From: Utricularia gibba
Lineage: Eukaryota; Plantae; Magnoliophyta
Direction of reading: 5' to 3'
DNA length: 64,000 bases
Assembly: GCA_002189035.1 (NCBI GenBank)
Contig: CM007989.1
Span: 7,316,001 to 7,380,000 of the forward strand
The notes below the pieces were generated by a model. It saw only the letters and a program-made list of their open reading frames with translations, did no database searches and was not told the DNA's origin. Every line of letters starts with the position of its first letter. Position 1 is the stretch's first letter. Shown piece by piece: positions 37,285 to 48,404 of the stretch. The translations under genes were made by a program, and so were the position numbers.

Positions 37285-38663
37285 CTAATGATGCAACAGC
37301 TTGGCATATCGCACATGTTGCTTAAATAATCTAGCCTCTTCGGGCGAGTTCATAGCATATCTGAGACCCCAATCAATAGCTCTTGTGGCTGTTCTCAGGT
37401 ACCTGACCTTCTCGCCAGATTTGATCCATGACACAAGATGATGAGATGCCAAATAGTAATTCCCGTACCTGCAAAGGTTGTGCACCATGATACAGTAGGT
37501 AAAGCAATCCTTCATATCCATCGACTCAAAAACCTGAAGTGCACGATCTAAATGACCATCCTTACACAAGCCATCAAGATAGCAATTATAAGCAACCAAA
37601 CAGCTGTGACCCCCTGCTTTCATGCTGTTAAGGATCTTTTCAGCCTCATCGATATGCCCTGCCTTGCAGAGTCCGTTTACAATGATTGTATGCGTGTATG
37701 TATCAGGCTTCAGTCCCCTATCCTCTGCAACTGTCAACAAGTTGCTGGCATCTTCCTGCTTTCCCTGCTTGAAGTGTTTGTGAATTAGGGTATTATATGA
37801 TGCAATATCAAGGTCAAACCCAATCTTAATCAGATTCACAATGCAAAGGTCGGCATCCCGCCATCTGTGTGACTTCACCAAAGCTGCAATAACTGTACAG
37901 TACGAGAATATATCGTAAGCATATCCATTCCATTTCATCTCCCTGAAAATCTGAAGCCCTTCTTCTAAATGTTCCGACTTGAAGCAGCCTTTCATCACAG
38001 ACGTATACGTTAAGGCATTGGGGCTGTGAACCGACTTCTTAAGTTCATTGAAAAGCATCATCATTTTTTTCCACATCCCAAATCTGCCCAGGCCACCGAT
38101 AAGAATATTGTACGTTACCAGATCGGGGCATGCCCTTCTCTCTGCAGAAATCTGAACAACCGGAGAGCATTAGTGATGCATCCATTACTGCACAGACCAG
38201 AGATCATGATGTTGAATGTTTCTTGCGGAATTGAAATATTCTTTGAACGAATCTCACGGAAAACCTTGAAGGCTTCCTCAGGCTTACCCATTCTGTAAAA
38301 ACAAAACATCAATGTATTATAACTCCAATTGTCTGGCACAACTCCCACCTCAAGCATTTCATCCACCACATCAACACAGACAGCATACAATTGCTGCCTG
38401 ATGGCACCCGCCATCAAGGAATTGTATGTAACGACATCTGGAGCTAACCCAGCTTCTCTCATTCGAAGAAATACAGAACGCCCAGCTTCAAAACTAACCG
38501 TTTGGGCATACCCATGTATCAGAGTATTGTACGTCACAACATCCGGTGGCACCCCCAACCTAATTGCATCCCTTATGGCAGATTCCGCCTTCTCCAACCT
38601 GTTTGCTCTACAAAAAGAAGCTACAGATATGTTCAGCAACTTGGTTGAGAGTTTAAGGAACAT
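37285..38663 (-). CDS. Single-exon P-class PPR protein, At5g46680/At4g17915-like, broken by an apparent 1-bp deletion at about 38125-38128 (pseudogene or sequence error)
   Basis: STKLLNISVASFCR..LEKAE..IRDAIRLGV.PDVVTYNTLI start; after HAP the motif DLVTYNILIGGL continues in the other frame and runs to KDCFTYCIMVHNLC; restoring one base gives about 459 aa. Confidence 0.82.
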
Positions 38664-39047
38664 CCTGTAATCTCCGTAACATAATTCCCAAGCTGACAAA
38701 AATGCATCCTCTTTCACTTCCAAAACAACAAAATCGTACAACAAAGCCACAGCATCCCAAATGCAGCAGCAACCTGCGATTACAAAAAACGCAGCCCCGC
38801 GTCAAAACATCAAATCAAGCGAGACAAAACATCAAATTCATCTGTTTCCCCGCGTCAAAAGAGGAAATTATACAACAAAAAAAGTGCTTCCTTCCATCCA
38901 TCCCCAGATTACATCCCCCCTCAAACGACACAGGGCAAGAATTTCATCCCTCCCAAGTCCAAATGGAGAACCCCGATTTGGGAGAGGTGGATCTCCTCGA
39001 TTCAGCCTGCGCCAGCCAAAAGAGAAATTGCATCGTTTTTTCTAATT

Positions 39048-39215
39048 TGGGCCACAGGCCCAATAAGATATCTATCATCCACACCAATTTAGGCCTGGGG
39101 GAGGGATTCTAATTCTAAGGCCCATAACAAAGTGCCCAATTATACACCACACCATTTTATGGATAATACAATATAAGAAATAGAAAATGTAATAATTAGT
39201 GTATGTGGGGCCCAC
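39048..39215. promoter_or_regulatory. Site II / TCP-type element cluster upstream of the PPR gene
   Basis: TGGGCC 39048, GGCCCA 39057, 39119 and 39209 (GTGGGGCCCAC). Confidence 0.55.
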
Positions 39216-39535
39216 GTCCAACAAAAGGCACTCATTTGTCACTGTGCTCGCTCAATCAGCACACGGGGAATGGGATCCAAATTCTCACTATATTCAACCC
39301 ACAGAATGAATGAAACCATTTTCGCACACCAAATCCAACAAACACATGACAGAATCTTGACACCATGAATCCTATCACACCCACTAACCCTCAAATTATT
39401 CCACAAATCAACTTTTATTTAAGAATATATCCAATTTTATATTCAAGTTAGGATACAAATTCAATATTCTAATATTCAATTCGTTCCAAATATCAATATA
39501 TAAATTTATATCTATCAAGAAGTTTATAAAAAAAT

Positions 39536-39559
39536 TATATATATATATATATATATATA
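39536..39559. repeat. (AT)n microsatellite
   Basis: About 12 AT dinucleotides read directly. Confidence 0.9.
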
Positions 39560-40636
39560 TTTGCAAATACAATAATATTTTGGAACTTTTAAAAATCTTA
39601 CAATTTATTTCATTTATTTTACACAGTAAGAATATGTTGTGATTGAAAATCGATATTAGGACAGAGATCGATTTTTGGGTTATGAATACGGCCAAGTGCA
39701 TCGTACTCGATTAAGGTTCAAGTGTTCTATGTGGTGCGGTGCGGTTAACATAAATAAAGAAATATAGGGATTTTAACATAGAAACTATCGAAGAACGAAA
39801 AAACCACAGAACTATCGAAGTTCGCCGAAAAATGATTTTCACTAGATGGAGATGGAGAAAATATACAAGTTAGAGAGCTTGATGTTCAACCTTTTCTTCT
39901 TCAGGATTTCTTATATTTATAGACGATGGTGATCTGACCGAATTCTGAATTCTGTAAATGTCGACTACTTTCTATACCTGTTGTACGTATTGTGGTCCGG
40001 TTTTTCGATAACTGCTGACTGTTCTGTAATTGTTGTAATTTGGATGTTTTTCAGATTGTCCAAAACGGTCGTTGTTGACAACTCTGACACTTATTAATCT
40101 GTCGGTCTGCGTCAGACTATTAAGACACCTTTTTGCTCATTTTCAGTAACCGAGTTCCTCAATCCAATTTACACCCTATCAGAATATTTTTTTATCATTT
40201 AGGATGATCAAATTTTTCACATGATGAAAAGAAGATCAGATTTCTAAATACCCCGAATATTCTAGATGCATGCCATGGAAGATATGGTTGGTGTTTGAAT
40301 ATGATACGGTCATACTTTAAAATAAATACAATTTACAATGTTATGTTTGAATTAGGTGGAGGTGGCACAATCTAGAAAGAAATCAACAACATACTTTTAA
40401 TCTAAACTTTAGGCGTAGAATCTATGTATCTACTATCTGGGCGCCCACCGCAACACACACACAATGTTGGAGTGGAGACGTGGCGGGCGGGATTTGGGTG
40501 GCTCCCTTCGTTTCTGGGTACCAAGCAGACCAGGCCCGCTTTTGCGCAGAAGTCGCCATGTCACACTATAAAGTCAAGAGCTTTCTAATTTAAAACAATA
40601 AAGACCACACACCACTTGTGATTCCGATCATGCCAC

Positions 40637-40668
40637 AGATAGATAGATAGATAGATAGGTAGATAGAG
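40637..40668. repeat. (GATA)n microsatellite
   Basis: agatagatagatagatagataggtagatag. Confidence 0.85.
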
Positions 40669-41812
40669 ATGAGAAGGGAGGATATGGGGATGGTTTGATA
40701 GGATATTTTTAATTTTTGGTTTAAAAATTATGAATATGTTTTATAGAAATATTATTTAACATAAAATTAATTATCATATATTTGGTAAGAAAATTATAAT
40801 TAGATTTATATATAATATTATTAAAATGTGGTAATTTGATGAAAAACTTGTTTGAATAATAATATTGTGTGTTATTATTATAAAATTAAATAAATTTATC
40901 AAAATTTATGTTTCATCATAAATATAGATTAAATAAAAAAGAATTACAATGAACCATACCATAAGTGCTATTTTTCAATGACACGAAGTGTATTAATATA
41001 AGAGTTAAATCCCGATGCGTGCTAATGGTAAAATAAGGAGATAGAAGCAGTGAAGTGTATAAGATAAAAAGAATATAAAATCAAAATATCACAGTATATC
41101 ATATTATTTATAAATAAAAGATTGAATATATTTAAATAAAAATATATTTTTAATTATGTATTAGATTTTTTTAAAGTGAAAAACATAAAATCATAATAAT
41201 TAAATGTTCGAAATGAATAATATTCATACAATATAATAGCGGTTGCATATTCGAAGTAAAGTGAACGTTTGCTAAAGAATACAAAACATCGGGGAACGAA
41301 CGGGGTGGTGATAACCGTCGCCGACGTGGGTACACACCGTTTTAAGGCGACAGTGCCGACAGTGGAAATGAAAAACAGCGGCCGAGGCGGTCTGGGTGTC
41401 GGAGATTTTATTTAATTTCCCATACTTCAAAAAAAAAAAAAGATTTATTTGAGCGTGAAATCCAGGTGGATTTATTTATACCCATCCGCAAAGGGCCTTG
41501 TTCACTGGGTTAAATCAAAACACAAGGCAAGGCGCACAAAAATACCGCCATACGTCTCTGTTTCCTTTCATTTTTGTCTCTTCCAATGCCTATCACGCGA
41601 TTTGTTCTTCTGCAATCCTTTCGAAATCTCAACTTCTTCTAATCCTGTCAATACCTGTATCCAGAGAAAATCTGTTTTTGATATTGAAGGGGAGAACCTG
41701 CTCTTGTGGTACCGTTCCTGAGGTTGGGGAAGAAAGGCCGACGTTTCTCAGGCTCCTACTGTTATTTGTCTTTGTAATTATAAGTTGGAGGATTTGTTTG
41801 GCTTCTGTATCA

Positions 41813-44081
41813 ATGGGGAAAAACAGCAGGAAAATACGTAAATTGAGGGTGTCGAGGATCGGGAGTTACGCGATTGCTTCGTCCATTAAGGATCCAACTT
41901 GCATTTCCTGCACCACTTTCAATATTCTGGCGCCTATTTACAAAAGGCTTAATCATGAGGTATGCATCTCAGGCAATGGGATTCTGGGTTTTCGGTTATT
42001 TTTTGGGATATTTTAGTATCTTTATGCAAGGAATGGATTTCTGCCCAGACTGCCTCGTTGATGTTTTTGTTTTTCTATTCATTCGTTGACTTTTGATGAT
42101 TTTTGTTTTTTGGTGGGTTTGTTGCGAAGTGTTGAAGTTTTGGGTTTGGTTGCAGGATCCCAACTGCCGCGAAAGTGATGTCAAGCGATATTGGTTGGAT
42201 AGGAACCAAAAGATACTGGATTGGTTATTGTGTGAACGGTCTTCAATAATCTGTCTTCAAGAGTTCTGGGTTGGGAACGAGGAGCTGGTTAATATATACG
42301 ATAAGAGGCTTGGTGATGCTGGTTATATGAATTTCAAGCTTGCTCGGACGAATAATCGTGGTGACGGTATGCCCCTTCATCTATTTTTGCAACAATTGCG
42401 TATAGATTGTGCTTTGCTTTGCCATAGTACCTTGTTCATTTGAATGCTCAATTTGATCACAACAAACAGTGAATGAATCTCTTTTTGTATGCATTTGGAG
42501 CTTCTGCCTGGTTTCTATAAGTGTGAGATAGGAGTTTTTAGCTGCTAGATTGAAGGAGAGCCTGCTTGAACATTTTCCCTTCACAAATATTTTCAGGTCT
42601 GCTGACTGCTGTGCATAAGGACCATTTTAAGATCATCAACCATCGAGAGTTGCTGTTTAATGATTTTGGGGACAGGGTAGCACAGCTATTGCACGTGGAG
42701 TTACAATCGCCATTGTCAAAAAATCAAGCGGACAATGTTCGCCAAGAAATGCTCATAGTTAATACCCACCTTTTATTTCCGCACAACAACGGCTTGTGCC
42801 TTGAGCGGCTTCGTCAGGTACATATACCTGTTGTTTCTATGGATGCTGAGTAGTAGTATAAGGACTGCATTTGATATGCATATTTTCACGCAACAGGTGT
42901 ACAAAATATTGCAGTATGTGGAACAATATCAGAATGATAACAATCTCAATCCTTTACCTATCTTGCTCTGCGGGTATGCCCACCTTCTTCATTCTTTTCT
43001 TGATCTGAGTTCTTGCCGAGCAAGCACATAACCCTTCTTTGATTCTTTCAGTGATTGGAACGGGAGTAAGAGGGGTCATGTTTACAAGTTTCTTCGATCT
43101 CAGGGATTTGTGTCATCATATGACACTGCTCATCACTACACCGATGCAGATGCTCACAAGGTAATCACTAATTGGTTCCACTTTAGGCTTGATCTCTTCT
43201 TTTTTTTCCCTGCCCGCTTTCTGATGGTTTGCAGTCTGTTGTCCAGTGGGTGAGCCACCGCAACCATCGGGGAAACATATGCGGAGTTGATTTTATATGG
43301 CTTCTTAATCCCAATAGATACAGAAAGCTGCTGAAAACCAGTTGGGGTGAAGCAGTTTTTGGAATGTTCAAGGTGAGAAATCCGTTCATAAACATTCCCG
43401 CAGCATATATCTTGTAACGACTTAAGCTTGAGGTTATATCACATTTGTTTCACAGTACCAATTGAGGCGAGCATTGTTGACAGAGGATGATGCTTTTGCT
43501 TTTCTCAGAGATGATTGTCAGGGCGACTATGTCACGTTCTCAGGCTTCTGTGAAGCACTTAGAAATGTAGGTAGCACAACGCCAAGTAATCTTCCCTTTT
43601 CAAATCGCTGAAATGCTTGCTTATATATCTTCCCCTTCAGCTTAATTTGATCGGCCACTGCAATGGGCTGAGCGCTGAAGAGATCAAGGAATTGTGGTGT
43701 CAGGCGGACATCGACGGCAACGGTGTCGTTGACTACAAAGAATTCAAGGTATGGGTACAACTCAATTCTTGCTCTCTTTCTTCCAAATGAGAGATCAAGT
43801 GCAACAGCATCACCCCCTGATATGAATTGCAGCACCGAATTTGGAACGCATCGTTATTATGGGAGCAAGAAGTGGAAGAGGAAAGGGATGAGAGCTGGGA
43901 AACTGGCGCTGTCGACAACGGGACAGAGCAGACCATCGGCTTCAGTGTCAAGAATGCAGTTCTCTTCCCTACTGAAGTGGAAAAAGGGCTGTGGCCGGAG
44001 GATTACTCCCTCTCCGACCACGCCCGTCTCACCGTCGTCTTCTCCCCGCTGTGGATGCCCTGCTCCCGAATGGTCTTATAA
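41813..44081 (+). CDS. Endonuclease/exonuclease/phosphatase (EEP) family protein with EF-hand (At1g02270/At5g54130-like), multi-exon
   Basis: ISCTTFNILAPIYKRL, SIICLQEFWVGNEELV, KLARTNNRGDGLLTA, IVNTHLLFPH, ILLCGDWNGSK, SHRNHRGNICGVDFIW, EF-hand DIDGNGVVDYKEF, YSLSDHARLTV.FSP. Confidence 0.92.
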
Positions 44082-44540
44082 CATCCTCACACATCATGGG
44101 AGAGGTCCCTGGAGATCATCAAGTGTTGTAATGAAGTGGGAGTAAACTGGTTTGCTGGTTGGTTTGTTATTGGTGGGCCAACCACCCCTCTTCTCATGTG
44201 AATAACTGAAGGCCTAAACGACGTCGTATGACGTGATCGGAGGGAGGAGCTACCTCTCATTTTTGTGTGTATATACTATACTGCAACTGGTTAGGGTTTC
44301 TTTCTTCAACACCATGGATACTAAATAATAATAATAATGATAAAATAGATAAAAAAAATTAAAAAAAAAAAAAGAAAAAGACTGGGCCGTTGTTTTTAAT
44401 ACCTGTCTTGTTGGATGATTGGTTTGTCTGTTGAAAGAAATGCTGTGCCGAAAGTCCCAAAGCATTTATTTAAGAGTGGGCCCAACATATCGCGCGCCGC
44501 CTGCATCCACTTTGCCTCTTCACTGCAGATCAATTTTATG

Positions 44541-44584
44541 CACACGTGGCTAATTATTATTGGAAAGGACACTCGACACGCGCT
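44541..44584 (+). promoter_or_regulatory. ABRE/G-box plus CE3-like coupling element upstream of the NAC gene
   Basis: CACGTGGC at about 44543 and GACACGCG at about 44576, roughly 400 bp upstream of ATG 44980. Confidence 0.4.
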
Positions 44585-44979
44585 CCCCTTTTAACTTCCT
44601 TCTTACGCTTTAGCGAATGCCCGATATACCCCCGCTTCGCCTCCACCGACCTGCTTTCCTTGCACTGGTGACTAAAAAATTGCCGTTTCTTCCGACAAGG
44701 TATAAAATATTACAAAAGAGGGAGAAAACAAGGTACAAGCAGCTGTATTATAAAAAAGGGTAGTTTCGGTATTTGATCGAACACGGTATATGCTCGTTGC
44801 TCAGGGCGGAGACGAATCCTTTCAGTCTATTCACAATTTCCAGTGACGCACTGAGAATTTTCGCACGAATCCTCGTTTCTCTTCGCCAGGGTTTCTTGAT
44901 CCCTTGATTTGGGGAATCTGCTTTTTTCACGGTTCCAGGATTTTCGTTTTTTTGGCTTTTGGTTTGAGGAATCTGGTCG

Positions 44980-47175
44980 ATGGCTGTGCTTCCTGCTAAG
45001 GGTTATCCCGTGGGTTACCGCTTTCGGCCTACGGATGAGGAGCTGGTTAATCATTACTTGCGGCTCAAGATCCGTGGCCATGAGAAAGAAGTGAGCGCTA
45101 TACGTGAAATCGATGTTTGTAAACAGGAGCCCTGGGATCTTCCGGGTAAGTAACTGTGATGTTGTAACTTTTCGAATTTTTCAACGTTTTTATCATGGAA
45201 AAATGGTGGGCTTCAGTTTGATTGTGTGCTTGCAGCTTTGTCCGTGCTAGAGTCCACCGACAACGAATGGTTTTTCTTCTGCCCGAAGGATCGTAAGTAT
45301 CAAAATGGTCAGAGATTGAACAGAGCAACGGAAAGGGGTTATTGGAAGGCTACTGGTAAAGATAGGAATATTGTATCTAAGAAGGGGTTGAAGATTGGGA
45401 TGAAAAAGACTCTTGTTTTCTACACTGGCCGTGCACCGGACGGCAAGAGAACTAACTGGGTCATACATGAGTATCGCGCTACTGATAAGTCCCTTGATGG
45501 CTCACAACCTGGTCAGGTTCGTATACCAATAATTGGGCCAATGATTCTTCTTCTTCTTATTGAGTATTGCTTATTTGCTGGTTGTATTGCTCTACGCTTA
45601 TGTGCGCTGGGAAGTATCGTACTAAAAGCTTTTTTTTTTTCTTCTAGGGTGCTTTCGTGCTATGCCGTTTGTTCAAGAAGACTGAGCTAAAACAAGATGA
45701 CACCACGGAGATTACGAATTTAACTGAAGGTGAAGAGATTGCCTCTTCTCCTGTAGCTGTTAAATATTCTGCTGAAGAGGAACATTCCGACTCCGTTACC
45801 CACATTACCGGTGCTCCAGCAGCAGCACGTCCTCATGGCGTAGAGAGTGATCATCATTCAAGCTGCGATAAATCTATGTATGATGATGTAGCCACTGATT
45901 TACAGAGCAACAGCTGCAACACGGATGAAGTGGAGGGGTGTGCCACAGTCGCATTGTCTGGTCCATTAATTGAACAAGTAACTACTCCGATCATTTGTAA
46001 TGCATTCTGGGTCCTGAATGGCTTCATCTTATCTTATTTCTTTTTGCCATGTTTTTCAGCCATACAAAGATTTGGATTCTATTCTGGGAGACTGGAAAAT
46101 TTTGTCTCCCTTGCATTCTCAGATGCAGTCAGAGCTGGGAAGTTCATTCCATTATGGAAGTTTTACTGGAGATGTTTCAAATGTTCAATACACAAATGAT
46201 GTTGACCTCACTGACTTCATGAACTCCGTGTTCACTGATCCTGAGCCTGTGAGTTTCGATGGAGTGTGCTTCCCTTCTGTCGCTGGTCCTAACAACATGA
46301 ATATGCTGCCGTTGGTGAAGGACAGTAATTCATGCTGTGAATCAGACAGTGAGGTGTCGCAAAAACAGGTAAAAATGAAGCCAACAAACTTCTCAAGATT
46401 CAATGAATCACAGAGTAAAAGCTTGATCATGCATGTTTGATTGAACAGAGGCATTTTGACATGGTTGCTGAGAACATCAAGCATGAGTCATCTTTCCAGA
46501 GTGAGTTTACCTCTCAAATGGCGCACTATGGGCAAAGTGCCGCAACGTTGCATGTCAGCAATGGCTATGATCCCAGGAACCTGCATTTTGGTAATAACTA
46601 CCACCAAATGGCACCCCAAATGCCAGTTCCAAATAAATTTGAAGCAGAAGGACCGGCCTCCAGATCAGGGATCAAGATACGGCCTCGAACAAGCTTTAAT
46701 CAGTCCTTTCCAGGGAACCCTCCCATGCAAGGAACTGCTCCTAGAAGAATTCGCCTGGAGAAGAAGCTTCAGGTTGGACCACTGGAATGCCCCCTTCCTA
46801 AGAAACTGATCGATAATGAAGTAAGCCATGAAACAGCGGGTTCACCTGAGGTTAGACTACTTTCTCTTAATCTCACCATCCTCATTCAACGCTTATCAGA
46901 CAGCAAGCTCACAGTTTTCGTCTCTGCAGGAGCTCAAACCACCAGCACCATCCGAACCAGTGGCATCATTACCTTCTGATGAAACTGAAATACAGAAACA
47001 CCATTCACATTCCAACATGGCTGTCAGGAAACAGGGAGAAGCTCGACCCCCCATCATCACTCCATACGCAGCAAAGCCTCCCATTTTCTCAGCCCCCACG
47101 AGGCGAAGGGTGGTCGTGGCTCTCAGTCTCACCCTCGTGCTTGTTGCAACCGTATGTGCAGCCCTTCTAGTGTAA
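44980..47175 (+). CDS. Membrane-tethered NAC transcription factor (NTL; ANAC062/ANAC091-like), 6 exons
   Basis: NAC domain [75 protein letters not shown]; [29 protein letters not shown]; C-terminal hydrophobic [21 protein letters not shown]. Confidence 0.93.
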
Positions 47176-48404
47176 GCGAAGCTGTACGCCCGCCCGCACT
47201 CCCTCCCTCTCGTGTACAGAAGAGTTGAGTGTTAGGTATGGTGCTGACTCGCCTGATCTGATCTACCTTAGGATATGTATAGTATGAATGAATGTATTCC
47301 GGGAACGTCGTTTCTGTAGACTCCCCTGTGGTTCAAGAGATGTATCTGTACACCCATCTCTTTCTCTTTTCTCCTTTCCCACCCCAGCATTATATTAACT
47401 AGCTGACTACCAACACATGCCTTTGTTTCTCTGTGGAGTCGATGGAGCGACATTGGATAGGAAAAATGAATAAATAGAATAATTAAGCAAAATCTCATAC
47501 AATATTTTTTCCCAATCATGGCAAAGCTTGATACGAATTTCAAAGTTAGATATATTTTAGTGAAATTAGTTTTATGATAACCGACCATTTTAGAAGTTTA
47601 CAATATAAGATATGAAAAACGTAAAATTGAATATCTAAAACGAATAATATTTAAAAAAAGATATTTAAATTGTGACAATATGAAATATCGTAAGAAGATA
47701 AATGATTCTAAATGTATGATTGATTGGTAGAACCAAGATCTATAATCTCTATTTCTTATTGTTCCACACGAGTAATTTTCATTTTCTACTAGATTTTATT
47801 GTTGATCAACGCATTTTATTAGTTTTTTTTTAAATTATTGGTCTTTTAAAAAATAAAACAATCAATTTATATGGAAATAATCTTTATTTAGTAATTATAT
47901 TATTTCTATATATTTGAAAAATTAGGATCAATTAGAATAATTGTTAATGTTTAAAATAAAAGTATAAATATATACTGAAGATTAGATAGAGAATACTTAA
48001 GATCGACTAGAATCGGAAACAGATATTTTAAAAGATTCCGCTTGAAGGGTAAAAATGCGATTATGCGTAACCGTGAGGACTACAAAGCAATTAAGCTGGA
48101 GAGGAATCACTTGGTTGGAGACTGAAAACTCGGGAAGAGACCAAAGGAGAGCCGTGTGCGTTTCTGGTTTTCATCTCTTGTGTTTCTCGCTCAGGTATGA
48201 ACTTTTGAATTTTTTGGTTCGTTTTAGTTCATCGCGCTCGTTAATCTTGTTATGTTTGTCTAAATTGCTTTTGGTTTCCAAAATCATCGTCTTTCGTTTT
48301 CGATCATCTCGTCGTGGTGAAAAGGATCCACTAGGTTTTATTCATCGTGGTTCAGTTTGATTTTCCAGGCGATTGGTGGTTTCCGGTTTTATTCTTGCGA
48401 GGGA

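Noticed and set aside
39238-39365. Short matches to miR171 and miR172 sequences
   Set aside because: Only 9-10 nt match and no complementary hairpin arm.
39408-39701. 97-aa Ile/Asn-rich ORF
   Set aside because: Artefact of AT-rich low-complexity DNA containing the AT microsatellite.
39840-40460. Possible LTR remnant (TATTTATAG motif, PBS-like tgggcgccca)
   Set aside because: No TG..CA boundaries, second LTR, target-site duplication or retroelement coding sequence identifiable.
6443-44081. Apparent cluster of RNA-metabolism genes (UPF1-like helicase, SMG9, POP5, two PPRs, EEP) as an NMD/RNA-processing operon-like system
   Set aside because: The products act in different compartments and are interspersed with unrelated genes; these families are common enough for chance co-location.
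44218-44236. Paired ACGT cores resembling an as-1/TGA element
   Set aside because: Centres are 10 bp apart rather than 12 bp, and the site is in the EEP gene's 3' region.
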